A DNA stretch of 64,000 nucleotides, from assembly GCA_043760355.1 (NCBI GenBank), contig JAYUPC010000139.1:26-64025 (forward strand). The letters are read 5' to 3'. The position numbers and the translations under genes were made by a program. The stretch comes from Sphingomonadales bacterium. Its GTDB lineage: Bacteria > Pseudomonadota > Alphaproteobacteria > Sphingomonadales > Sphingomonadaceae. The notes beneath the pieces were generated by a model, which worked only from the letters and a program-made list of their open reading frames with translations, made no database searches and was not told the DNA's origin. Of this stretch, positions 28,782 to 38,263 are shown piece by piece (the first letter of the stretch is position 1; every line of letters begins with the position of its first letter).

Positions 28782-29923
28782 TGGCGCAACAAATCCCGTC
28801 CTATAATCATCCGCATCACCTGATTGGTCCCTTCCAGTATCGAATGCACCCGCAAATCGCGCCAGAAACGCTCGATCGGATAATCCTTCAAGTATCCATA
28901 GCCGCCGTGCAGTTGCAACGCGCGGTCAACAATCGAAGATCCATTATCGGTCGCTAGCCGCTTTGCCATCGCCGAGAAACGCGATTTATCCGGCGCATTC
29001 GCCGTCACCTTTGCCGCCGCCATATAAAGCAAGGCCCGTGCCGCCTCCAGGTCGGTTGCCATATCGGCGAGCATGAACTGCGTATTCTGGAACTCCGCCA
29101 CCGGTTGGCCAAATTGCTGTCGGTCTTTGGTATAGGTGATCGCTTCATCCAAACACCGCTGCGCCCCGCCCAGCGAACATGCGCCGATGTTTAAGCGCCC
29201 GCCGTCAAGCCCTGCCATCGCAAAACGAAAGCCGTCGCCTTCGGCCCCAACACGGTTTTCAACCGGCACCTTCACATTATCAAAGATCACCTGTGCCGTG
29301 GGCGATGCGTTCCAGCCCAGCTTGCGTTCTGGTGCGCCAAAACTAACGCCCTCCATGCCCTTTTCAATGACGAGGCAAGATATGCCCTTGGGTCCGTCAA
29401 CACCAGTGCGGACCATAGTCACATAGACATCATTGACGCCGCCGCCTGAAATAAATTGCTTGGTGCCACTGACGACATAATGGTCGTTTTCCAGCTTAGC
29501 CGTTGTCTTCAGCGCGGCTGCATCCGAACCACTGCCCGGCTCGGTCAGGCAATATCCGGCAAGTTTGTCCATCGTCACCAGCGAAGGCAGATATTTATTC
29601 TTCACTGCCTGATTACCAAAACAGTCGATCATCCATGCGGCCATATTATGAATGGATATATAGGCGCTCGTCGTCGGGCAGCCATAAGCCATCGCCTCCA
29701 TAATCAACGCAGCCTCCAATCGCCCAAGCCCAATCCCGCCCGAAGCCTCGCTTACATAGATAGCCGCAAAGCCCAATTCAGCAGCTGCCTTGATCGTATC
29801 GCGCGGGAAAATATGCTTTTCATCCCACTCTGCCGCATATGGGGTGATCGCGTCTGCAGTAAATTTTCGCGCCATATCCTGAATGGCGATCTGGTCTTCG
29901 GTTAGGTCAAATTGGTTAGTCAT
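28778..29923 (-). CDS. Acyl-CoA dehydrogenase (isobutyryl-CoA dehydrogenase-like)
   Basis: YCLTEPGSGSDAA, FISGGG, LQLHGGYGYL, ILEGTNQVMR; start MTNQF at 29923. Confidence 0.9.
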   Translation of the reverse strand: MTNQFDLTEDQIAIQDMARKFTADAITPYAAEWDEKHIFPRDTIKAAAELGFAAIYVSEASGGIGLGRLEAALIMEAMAYGCPTTSAYISIHNMAAWMIDCFGNQAVKNKYLPSLVTMDKLAGYCLTEPGSGSDAAALKTTAKLENDHYVVSGTKQFISGGGVNDVYVTMVRTGVDGPKGISCLVIEKGMEGVSFGAPERKLGWNASPTAQVIFDNVKVPVENRVGAEGDGFRFAMAGLDGGRLNIGACSLGGAQRCLDEAITYTKDRQQFGQPVAEFQNTQFMLADMATDLEAARALLYMAAAKVTANAPDKSRFSAMAKRLATDNGSSIVDRALQLHGGYGYLKDYPIERFWRDLRVHSILEGTNQVMRMIIGRDLLRQ

Positions 29924-30261
29924 TTTGGATCGGTTTCTTTCAATACGCGCCGTTTGAACAGGAATGTCGCTATGCTCCGGGTGATCCACACAGGTGACAA
30001 GGACGGTTCGACATCTTTCTCCCATGCCATTGATCCGGTCAAGGTTCCATCTGCATCTGGTACATCGGGCATCGCCTTATTAATCGGATCGGCAAAGGCC
30101 TTGTCCGCCGTAACGATAGTCCAACCGTTGCGGCGCAATTCGGCGACCAGATCGCTAATATACATCGCGGCCAGATCGGTTTCATGCAGCAATGGCACAT
30201 GCGCGGGTGCAGGGGACATGCTCAACAGCGTCGCAGATAAAGCAACCAGTGACCGACGCAT
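29920..30261 (-). pseudogene. Internally deleted polysaccharide deacetylase paralog (signal peptide fused to the C-terminal third)
   Basis: MRRSLVALSATLLSMSPAPA is joined directly to HVPLLHETDLAAMYISDL, which aligns with LLLHETDLAALYVADL in the neighbouring gene. Confidence 0.75.
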
Positions 30262-30295
30262 TAATCTATCCTAACAATTAACCCGGTCAGACAGG

Positions 30296-31306
30296 TTACT
30301 GATGCAAAACCCGTGTGGCAAACAGCTGTCGCGCTTTAGGGATATTGTTGCGCGGGAACCAGCGATTGCCGACCAATTTTTTCTCCCAAGCCAGCATTTC
30401 GAGCATCGTACCGTCGGCATAGTCAGGATCGGGCATCATTTTGGCCATCGGATCGGCGTAAACGGCATCGGCAGAAACGATTTCCCAGCCATCGGCGCGC
30501 AGTGCCTTGGCGAGATCGGCGACATAAAGTGCGGCTAAATCGGTTTCGTGCAGCAACAGCATCTGCACCGGGCGGCGGCCCAATATAAGCTGCGCCAACT
30601 GGTCGGAGAAATTGGCCGATGCAACATGGGTTTCTATATACAGCGCCCGCAACGCTTCCTTGTCGATGGTCTGTCCCGCCTTCACAGCTGCTTTTGTGCG
30701 GGCTTCCATATACCAGTCCCACCCGTCGGCCGTAACATAGCCATGCCGTAATCCGCGCACCTTCATCCCAGCGCGCACAGCATCGCGCTTTACCTTATCC
30801 GATCCCCCTTCATCCAATTGCGGAAAACGGAGCCAGGGGCGGTAATTGCGCTGCGGCTTTAACCAGACCTCGGCCCTATCAACGTCAGCCAAAAACGATT
30901 CAGCGCTCTGTGATGATACGGTCTTATGACTATCAGTATGGTTGGCAATAACATGCCCGGCGGCGGCATAAGCGGCTACGGTTGCTGCATGAATATCCGC
31001 CCCCCCCATACGCCCGGGATTGACGAAGAAAGCCGCTTGCTTGATCCCGGCGGACTTTAGCGCCTGGATCAACATTTGCGGCCTTTCTTCTACTTTTAGA
31101 AACGCCCCCGGCCCGCGCGGTACGTCATCAAAACTAAACGCAATACGTTTGGTGTTCGAGGTTTGCGCGATGCTTTGATGCTTCGCACGCGGCACGGCGT
31201 CCGCAACCAATATTGTTGCAAAGATCAGCGCAAAAAACGCAAATAGGTCAAACGCGATTACAAAAAGCCACGGCACTTTTGACAATCTGTGAATGGCTCT
31301 ATGCAC
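30296..31306 (-). CDS. Polysaccharide deacetylase (CE4/NodB-like)
   Basis: IAFSFDDVP, IANHTDSH, LRFPQL, LLLHET. Confidence 0.88.
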   Translation of the reverse strand: MHRAIHRLSKVPWLFVIAFDLFAFFALIFATILVADAVPRAKHQSIAQTSNTKRIAFSFDDVPRGPGAFLKVEERPQMLIQALKSAGIKQAAFFVNPGRMGGADIHAATVAAYAAAGHVIANHTDSHKTVSSQSAESFLADVDRAEVWLKPQRNYRPWLRFPQLDEGGSDKVKRDAVRAGMKVRGLRHGYVTADGWDWYMEARTKAAVKAGQTIDKEALRALYIETHVASANFSDQLAQLILGRRPVQMLLLHETDLAALYVADLAKALRADGWEIVSADAVYADPMAKMMPDPDYADGTMLEMLAWEKKLVGNRWFPRNNIPKARQLFATRVLHQ

Positions 31307-31501
31307 CCGGAATCACCCCTGCACCAAATTGGTAAAGACCAGCTTATCCATATAGCGCGTAATTGCACTATAACGATTGTGGCGCTGTCCTAGATTGAGA
31401 CGGGCCTAGATTGCGATGGTATGTAAAGCCATATGACGATTTGCGGCGCGATCAAAAAGGACTGGCGAGCATCGCCCTGTCCTGCTAACTGCGCCACACA
31501 T

Positions 31502-31578
31502 GCACCCATAGCTCAGCTGGATAGAGCGCTGCCCTCCGAAGGCAGAGGCCGGGGATTCGAATTCCTCTGGGTGCACCA
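31502..31578 (+). tRNA. tRNA-Arg(CCG)
   Basis: Cloverleaf: acceptor GCACCCA/TGGGTGC, anticodon arm CTGCC-CTCCGAA-GGCAG, TTCGAAT loop, encoded CCA. Confidence 0.95.
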
Positions 31579-31735
31579 TTTCTCTAGCCGGTTTTGATTG
31601 CCTGTGTTGTTTGCGCACTTGAAAGGTTATACAAGGTTACGACGTTGTTCGCTTTTTTGGGGAAGTGGTAAAGGTTAGGCACAGGCGTTAGAGGTGCTGA
31701 AGTACGGTCGCCTTGACCCGCAGAAAACCGTGTAA

Positions 31736-31760
31736 GCCTGTCCTGAGCGAAGTCGAAGGG
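31736..31760. repeat. Solitary half of a common REP-like repeat
   Basis: gcctgtcctgagcgaagtcgaaggg (reverse complement cccttcgacttcgctcaggacaggc); recognised from memory as a dispersed intergenic repeat. Confidence 0.5.
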
Positions 31761-31945
31761 CTCACACCAGATTATACATTTTGGTAAAGGGGGATAAGGG
31801 CTCTCGCGAGCGCTAATTTGCATATACTTCGCCAATTTATAGCTTGGGCCTGACCTTTATATTCGCTAATCCAAATCTAATATGTATTTCGCTGGATATA
31901 GTGGGTAATGCGAAATGATAGTTATACGTTAGGATGCTTTTGAAA

Positions 31946-32500
31946 ATGACCAATCGCAAAATCCACCGCTGGCTTAGTATCGTTGGCATAATCTTTTTCC
32001 TGTCGGTTTTTCTGACCGGCATCTGGATGCAAGGCGAGGCGATCTTTGGCGAGGATGAAGCAGCGCGTGAAGCAATGGCAGAGATTGTTTCGCCTGTGTC
32101 GCTTTCTGCGCCTTTGCCAGCCACCGCGATCACGATGGACAAGGCCCGCGCCGTCATTCTCGCGCGATATGGCAATCGGCCCGTTGCCTCGGTTGACTGG
32201 GTCATCAAGGCTCCGGTTCCGGTATATGTGTTCCATCTCGACGGGGCAGAACCGATCAAGGTGAGCGTTAACTCATCAACTGCTGCCATCATTAAGTCTG
32301 AACCCGACGGCGAAGATTGGGTGATGCGCCTGCATACTGGCGAAATATTGGGTGACGGCGGTAAATTCTTAGGGCTTTTATGGGGTCTGGCGTTGATAGC
32401 CATGAGCATCACCGGCATCATTCTATATGTGAAGATGTTCAAAGCACGGCAAACCGGGTCGGCGGGCAAAGCGCGCGGATGGCGGCGGTATTTCTGGTGA
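31946..32500 (+). CDS. PepSY-associated TM-helix protein
   Basis: RKIHRWLS TM1, periplasmic PepSY-like region, MRLHTG...SITG TM2. Confidence 0.85.
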   Translation: MTNRKIHRWLSIVGIIFFLSVFLTGIWMQGEAIFGEDEAAREAMAEIVSPVSLSAPLPATAITMDKARAVILARYGNRPVASVDWVIKAPVPVYVFHLDGAEPIKVSVNSSTAAIIKSEPDGEDWVMRLHTGEILGDGGKFLGLLWGLALIAMSITGIILYVKMFKARQTGSAGKARGWRRYFW

Positions 32501-33705
32501 GGGTGTCGTTCCCCGCTTTGGCTGAGGCGCTGCTGTTGGTCATGGCGGTGCCAGCATTGGCGCAATCCGAACTTCCCCTCACACGTGCGCCCGCCCTGTC
32601 ATTTAACCCCGATGCAGGCGTTATCATCCAGTCGGACGACTTCCGTATCACCACTTGGGGCTATGCCGAACGGTTAGTTGATCCTGATGGCAAGGATAGC
32701 TGGCGGCGGGTGCGCCAAGGTGCGGAGTTCGACTTGCCGCGTATCACACCGCATTTACGCCCTGCATTCGTCTATGAGGTCGATCTGACCAACAGCAACT
32801 TCCTGCGCACTGGCCCTTTCCGCCGCAACTTTGAAAACCTGTTTGTATCGCTTCAGGATGCCGACGATCCCGCTAAATTCCGGCTGCTATTTGGGCATAA
32901 CACCCATATCCTGTCGCGCGACGACAATCTCTCCTCGGGCAATTTACCGACGATTAACCGCTCGCTGGTCTTGGAAGAACATGGCTCGATCAACGCCTTT
33001 GGGGCGCAGATTGGTTTTCAGATACAAAAGGCGCTGTCGCCCAGAGCCACGGTCCAATTCTCGGTCGGCGATAATCGCGGTTCGCTCAACGCCAGTGGTG
33101 TGCGCAGCAGCATCGGCCGTTCAGTTGCAGGCAAGGTACTTCTCACCCCGATCAACGACGGCGAACATGGCCACAAGCTGACGCTTGGTTTTGCCAGCGA
33201 CTACACCGGCAACATCACCAACCGCACCTTCACGCTTGGGACAGCTATCACGCAAGCACCGCTCGGTGGTGTTGCCGCCACGGGTAACAAGCTGACCTTC
33301 GAGGGCGACGCCGCCTACACCTTCCCGCTTGCCGGACATCCCGCGACTATCGAGGCCGAACTGATCCGCTCGCGCTTTACAGGCAGCCGCAGCGACGTGT
33401 TCGGCGGCTATATCATGGGACAGATTTCGTTGTTCGATGTGCCCAAGGCAGGCGATATCGACCTTTTCCTGCGCTATGATTTTGTCAGTTTGGGGCAGGA
33501 CGTGATTTCCGGCCGCGCGCGGCAAAGTGCGATCCGCACGGGGTTCAACTATAATCTACCCTTCACTGGTAAGCTCGCCAGCCTGCATGTCGAATATGCC
33601 CACAATAACGTCACCGGTCCCGCTGCAATCATAACACGGTTCAATCCCAGCAATGAAGTGCGGATCGGGCTACGTGTCAGCCTGCAACGCTATCTGCGGC
33701 ACTAG
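32497..33705 (+). CDS. Outer-membrane beta-barrel, OprO/OprP-like porin
   Basis: GTG overlapping the upstream TGA; signal peptide PALAQ; alternating beta-strand pattern, RRVRQG, FLRYD. Confidence 0.65.
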   Translation: MRVSFPALAEALLLVMAVPALAQSELPLTRAPALSFNPDAGVIIQSDDFRITTWGYAERLVDPDGKDSWRRVRQGAEFDLPRITPHLRPAFVYEVDLTNSNFLRTGPFRRNFENLFVSLQDADDPAKFRLLFGHNTHILSRDDNLSSGNLPTINRSLVLEEHGSINAFGAQIGFQIQKALSPRATVQFSVGDNRGSLNASGVRSSIGRSVAGKVLLTPINDGEHGHKLTLGFASDYTGNITNRTFTLGTAITQAPLGGVAATGNKLTFEGDAAYTFPLAGHPATIEAELIRSRFTGSRSDVFGGYIMGQISLFDVPKAGDIDLFLRYDFVSLGQDVISGRARQSAIRTGFNYNLPFTGKLASLHVEYAHNNVTGPAAIITRFNPSNEVRIGLRVSLQRYLRH

Positions 33706-33761
33706 GCCAGATTAGAAATACCCATTCATACCCCGCAACATTAATAAGGGTAAAGGGTCCC

Positions 33762-34439
33762 TTACCCGTGATGCCGTCCAATACTCGCCCTGATAGTATC
33801 CAGCGTGCCTTTGCGCATCGCGATTTTGTTATAGGCATAGGCCGATCCCGGTAACGCAGCCAACTGCTCTGCTATCGCGGTTGCCGTTGCCACCACTTTT
33901 TCCGGCGCCACCATCATATCGAGATAGCCTGCCTCCACTGCCTCCGCCGGGTCATAGATAAATGCCTGTACCATCGCGCGGGTCATGTGGGCAGGGTTTA
34001 GGCGGGCGCGGGCGAGTTCGGTTGCAAATATCGGCAGGTTCATGCCCGTTATCGTTTCATTCGCACCGAGTTTGAAATCGCCACTAGCCCCGACCCTTGT
34101 ATCACACGCATGCAGGATGAACGTGCCCATCGCTATTGCATGCCCGGTACACGCAGCGACCACAGGCAGCGGGCCGCCATAGAGCCGCAGCAACAGTTCA
34201 GCACCCCCGTCAAGCAGTCTATATACGCCTTCCCCGCCCAGTGTTGCAAAAGCCTTTAGATCAAATCCGCCCGAAAACCGGTTCTCTCTCCCTGCCAGTA
34301 CGATCGCCTTTGCGCTTGATTCCGCCTTGTCCAGCGCTTCGTTCAGTGCGGCGAGCATATCGAAATTGATCGCATTGGCTTTGCCGTCATCCATTGTGAT
34401 CAGGGCGATGTCATTCCGGATATCGGTGGTGACGCTCAT
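33762..34439 (-). CDS. Crotonase / enoyl-CoA hydratase family protein
   Basis: MDDGKANAI, FSGGFDL, ACTGHAIAMG, GANET; start MSVTT at 34439. Confidence 0.88.
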   Translation of the reverse strand: MSVTTDIRNDIALITMDDGKANAINFDMLAALNEALDKAESSAKAIVLAGRENRFSGGFDLKAFATLGGEGVYRLLDGGAELLLRLYGGPLPVVAACTGHAIAMGTFILHACDTRVGASGDFKLGANETITGMNLPIFATELARARLNPAHMTRAMVQAFIYDPAEAVEAGYLDMMVAPEKVVATATAIAEQLAALPGSAYAYNKIAMRKGTLDTIRASIGRHHG

Positions 34440-34671
34440 CAGGGTTCTCCTTGGGGACCGGTTTAATACCGCGATTAAATGGCGGAAATGTGGGCGCGTC
34501 AACCTGTATTCTTGGGTGCGTCGGGCCTTGGTGCAGGGCGTGCGGGGCGAGGTGCTTTGAAACCGTAACGGCATTTTGCCTTTTTGCCCGCGCAAAATTT
34601 CTTGCTTCCCCTATGCTAGGCTCTAACTCTAAGTTCACAGCTTGGCCCATTGCGTAAAAGGAACCACATAT

Positions 34672-35550
34672 ATGCCCCAAGATCTCTCCGATTACACCCC
34701 GCCCGCCATCTGGACATGGGACAAGGAAAGTGGCGGGCAGTTTGCCAATATCAACCGGCCCATCGCAGGGCCGACGCATGATAAGGTATTGCAGGTTGGC
34801 AAACATCCGTTGCAACTTTATTCGCTCGCGACGCCGAACGGGGTGAAAGTAACTGTGATGCTTGAGGAGTTGTTGGCGGCGGGGCACAGGGCTGCGGAAT
34901 ATGATGCGTGGCTGATTAACATCCGCGAAGGCGACCAGTTCGGCAGCGGCTATGTCGATATCAATCCCAATTCAAAAATCCCGGTGATGGTCGACCATAG
35001 CGTATCGCCGCCGCAACGCATTTTTGAATCGGGCGCGATCCTGCTGTATTTGGCGGAAAAGTTCGGGGCGTTCCTGCCCGTTGATCCGGCCAAGCGGACC
35101 GAGGCACTCAGCTGGCTGTTTTGGCAAATGGGAAGCGCGCCGTATCTGGGCGGCGGCTTTGGCCATTTCTATGCCTATGCGCCGGTGAAGATTGAATATC
35201 CAATTGACCGCTTTGCTATGGAGGTGAAGCGGCAATTGGATGTGCTCGACCGCCATTTGGCTATCCACGAATATATGGCAGGTGACGAATATTCGATTGC
35301 CGATATGGCAATCTGGCCCTGGTACGGCGCGCTGGTCAAGGGGCTGGTGTATGAGGCTGGCGAGTTTTTGCAGGTGGCGGAATATACGAACGTCATCCGC
35401 TGGACCGAACAGATCGGCGTGCGGCCAGCAGTCAAACGCGGACGGATGGTCAACCGCGTGATGGGCGATCCCGCAAGCCAGCTGTATGAACGCCATGACG
35501 CCAGTGATTTTGATTTAAGGACACAAGATAAACTGACGGTAGTGAAGTAA
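34672..35550 (+). CDS. yghU: Glutathione-dependent disulfide-bond oxidoreductase (Nu-class GST)
   Basis: YSLATPNG, INPNSKIP, FESGAIL, WQMGSAPYLGGGFGHFYAYAP, ERHDASDF. Confidence 0.92.
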   Translation: MPQDLSDYTPPAIWTWDKESGGQFANINRPIAGPTHDKVLQVGKHPLQLYSLATPNGVKVTVMLEELLAAGHRAAEYDAWLINIREGDQFGSGYVDINPNSKIPVMVDHSVSPPQRIFESGAILLYLAEKFGAFLPVDPAKRTEALSWLFWQMGSAPYLGGGFGHFYAYAPVKIEYPIDRFAMEVKRQLDVLDRHLAIHEYMAGDEYSIADMAIWPWYGALVKGLVYEAGEFLQVAEYTNVIRWTEQIGVRPAVKRGRMVNRVMGDPASQLYERHDASDFDLRTQDKLTVVK

Positions 35551-35554
35551 CGGG

Positions 35555-36283
35555 CTACACCCCCAAAACGTCACTCATACGGTAACGGCCAGCCCCTTTT
35601 TCCACCAACCAAAGCGCAGCCTTAACCGCGCCGTCCGCAAATACAGCGCGGTTTTCTGCGCGGTGGGTTAGCTCGATGCGTTCATTGTCATGGGCAAAGA
35701 CAACCATGTGATCGCCAGCAACACTGCCGCCGCGAAGGCTGGCAAAGCCGATGGCACCTTGCTGACGCGCGCCAGTCATACCGTCACGGCCTCGTACGCT
35801 ATTGCTGGCGAGCTCAATCCCCCGCCCGCGTGCTGCGGCTTCACCAAGCAGCAGGGCAGTGCCCGACGGTGCATCAACCTTATGCCGGTGATGCATTTCG
35901 AGTATCTCGATATCCCAATCGGGGCCAAGCCGGGATGCTGCATCCTCAATAAGCGCGGCGAGCATCGTTACACCCAGCGACGTGTTGCCGGTTTGCAGGA
36001 CAGCAATATCGCTGGCGGCATCGTCGATCAGGAAATGGTGGCGTTCCTCAAGCCCCGTGGTGCCGATAACAATTGGCTTATTCGCGGCAACACAGGCATC
36101 AAGCGTACCTTCAAGCGCGTGGGGGGAGGAGAAATCGACGAGCACATCCGATGCCGCGATCAGGCCTGCGACATCATCGTGCCTGTCCACGCCACCCGAC
36201 AGCGTCGCGCCTGCCTCCTTTATGGCGGTAACGAGCGCCTGGCCCATGCGACCGCGGTGGCCGATAATTCCGATGTTGGTCAT
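35555..36283 (-). CDS. dapB: 4-hydroxy-tetrahydrodipicolinate reductase
   Basis: VIGTTG, ILEMHHRHKVDAPSGTA, RGGSVAGDH. Confidence 0.96.
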   Translation of the reverse strand: MTNIGIIGHRGRMGQALVTAIKEAGATLSGGVDRHDDVAGLIAASDVLVDFSSPHALEGTLDACVAANKPIVIGTTGLEERHHFLIDDAASDIAVLQTGNTSLGVTMLAALIEDAASRLGPDWDIEILEMHHRHKVDAPSGTALLLGEAAARGRGIELASNSVRGRDGMTGARQQGAIGFASLRGGSVAGDHMVVFAHDNERIELTHRAENRAVFADGAVKAALWLVEKGAGRYRMSDVLGV

Positions 36284-36312
36284 GACTTGTCCTAAGCGCT
36301 GTTTTTTGCTTC

Positions 36313-37032
36313 ATGGCGCAGATGACAAAACTTCGCAACATAGTGATCCTGACAGGGGCCGGGATCAGCGCCGAAAGCGGGATAGACACCTTTCGCAGTG
36401 CCGGCGGAATATGGGAACAGCACCGCGTTGAGGATGTTGCAACGCCGGAGGCATTTGCCCGCGATCCCGATCTGGTGCTGCGCTTCTATGACATGCGCCG
36501 CGCGGCGATCCAGACCAAGGAACCTAATGCCGCGCATGAGGCTTTGGCGCGGCTGGATGAGCAGTGGGAAGGTGAGTTGACCATCGTTACCCAAAATGTC
36601 GACGACCTGCACGAACGCGCTGGGGCAGAACGGTTGATCCATATGCACGGTACGCATCTGACCGCATGGTGTCTTGCGTGCAACGAACGGCCGGGGTGGC
36701 GCGCGCCTTTAATTGACCGTCCTGCTTGTCCTTTATGTGACACACAAGGTAGCCTGCGTCCCGATATCGTCTGGTTCGGTGAAATGCCGTACCGCATGAG
36801 CGAGATCGACGCCGCCCTGCGCCGCGCCGACCTGTTCGTCAGCATCGGCACATCTGGCGCGGTATATCCTGCTGGTGGTTATGTCAGACGGGCACGAGCA
36901 GACGGGATTGCCACACTCGAACTTAATCTGGAACCAAGCAAGGGCAGCGGGTATTTCGACGAAGGCCGTTATGGCCCGGCAACCGAGTTAGTGCCAGCCT
37001 GGGTGGAGGAGGTTTTGAGAGTTTTAGGGTAG
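36313..37032 (+). CDS. cobB: NAD-dependent protein deacylase (sirtuin)
   Basis: TGAGISAESGIDTFR, YxxR (FYDMR), TQNVDDLHERAG, two CxxC, RPDIVWFGE. Confidence 0.92.
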   Translation: MAQMTKLRNIVILTGAGISAESGIDTFRSAGGIWEQHRVEDVATPEAFARDPDLVLRFYDMRRAAIQTKEPNAAHEALARLDEQWEGELTIVTQNVDDLHERAGAERLIHMHGTHLTAWCLACNERPGWRAPLIDRPACPLCDTQGSLRPDIVWFGEMPYRMSEIDAALRRADLFVSIGTSGAVYPAGGYVRRARADGIATLELNLEPSKGSGYFDEGRYGPATELVPAWVEEVLRVLG

Positions 37033-37058
37033 CCAAATCGCTGCTTTAACTGCGGATG

Positions 37059-37820
37059 TCACTTTGCAGCCCCGCAACTCCCGCAGCCCGGATCCTTCGG
37101 TAAAGTAATCGTCCGCATCGACGGCTTCATCCCGTCAAAGATGTGCAGCTTGCCGGTCTGTGCCTCGCCAAAGCCGGTAATGACGCGGATGGCTTCCATG
37201 GCGGCAAAGCTGCCCATAATGCCGCACATCGCGCCGAGCACACCTTGGGTTGAACAATCATCGCAGTCTTCAGGATCGAACGCATCGCCGACAAAGCAGC
37301 GGTAACAGGGGGCACCCGGTTGCCAGCCGGTGAAGGTGCCAATCTGTCCGTGGAACTGGCCGATGGCGGCACTGACCAAAGGGACTTTGGCAGCAAGGCA
37401 CAGGTCGTTGACGATCAACCGCGTCGCAAAATTGTCACTGCCGTCGATCACGGCATCGACACCGTTCAGCAAAGTGGCAGAACTTTGCGCGGAAATACGC
37501 TGGTGTAAACCGTGAAATGTCACATCGGGGTTGATCCGCTCCACAGCCGCTTCTGCTGCAATAACCTTTGCCGTGCCAATGTCGCTTTCACTATACAGCA
37601 CTTGCCGCTGCAAATTGGACAGGCCAACCGTGTCATCATCGACAACGCTGATTGTGCCCACACCCGCTGCTGCCAGATACTGGATCGCCGGACACCCGAT
37701 GCCGCCCGCACCGATGAGCATGACGTGGGCGCCGAGCAATTTCTGTTGTCCGGCACCGCCCACATCGCGCAGCACGATGTGCCTAGCATAGCGGTCGAGT
37801 TGCTTGTCGGATAGGGTCAT
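37059..37820 (-). CDS. moeB: HesA/MoeB/ThiF family adenylyltransferase
   Basis: [33 protein letters not shown] and C-terminal CGSC. Confidence 0.85.
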   Translation of the reverse strand: MTLSDKQLDRYARHIVLRDVGGAGQQKLLGAHVMLIGAGGIGCPAIQYLAAAGVGTISVVDDDTVGLSNLQRQVLYSESDIGTAKVIAAEAAVERINPDVTFHGLHQRISAQSSATLLNGVDAVIDGSDNFATRLIVNDLCLAAKVPLVSAAIGQFHGQIGTFTGWQPGAPCYRCFVGDAFDPEDCDDCSTQGVLGAMCGIMGSFAAMEAIRVITGFGEAQTGKLHIFDGMKPSMRTITLPKDPGCGSCGAAK

Positions 37821-38263
37821 ATACCTGTCGAACCAAAACCCCCGGCGCCCCTTATGGTGTCATCAAGCTCCTCGACCTCCACCGCCATAGCTTGCGGGGC
37901 AGGTGCAACCACAAGCTGCGCGATCCGGTCGCCCTTGTTGATCTGGAAATCTTCTTCACCCAAGTTGATGAGGATTACCTTCACCTCACCGCGATAATCG
38001 CAATCGATGGTGCCGGGTGTGTTGAGGCAGGTGATGCCGTGTTTTAGCGCAAGGCCGGAACGCGGGCGGACCTGAACTTCAAACCCGTGTGGAATGGCAA
38101 AGGCAAAGCCCGTCGCAACGGCCGCACGCCTTCCAGTGCGCAGGGTCAGGTTTTCTGCCGAACAAATATCCATGCCCGCAGCTCCGGCACTTGCATAAGC
38201 CGGTAAAGGCAGCCCCGCGCCGTGGTTCAGGCGTTTGATGCGGATTTCAACTTTTGAATTCAC
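37817..38263 (-). CDS. dut: dUTP diphosphatase
   Basis: [31 protein letters not shown]. Confidence 0.96.
   Translation of the reverse strand: MNSKVEIRIKRLNHGAGLPLPAYASAGAAGMDICSAENLTLRTGRRAAVATGFAFAIPHGFEVQVRPRSGLALKHGITCLNTPGTIDCDYRGEVKVILINLGEEDFQINKGDRIAQLVVAPAPQAMAVEVEELDDTIRGAGGFGSTGI

Noticed and set aside
26968-29923. Valine catabolism operon lacking mmsA and mmsB
   Set aside because: Split operons are common and the genes may lie elsewhere; cannot be judged from this window.
31579-33761. Classical genomic island at tRNA-Arg
   Set aside because: No integrase and no duplicated tRNA 3' end found after the porin gene.
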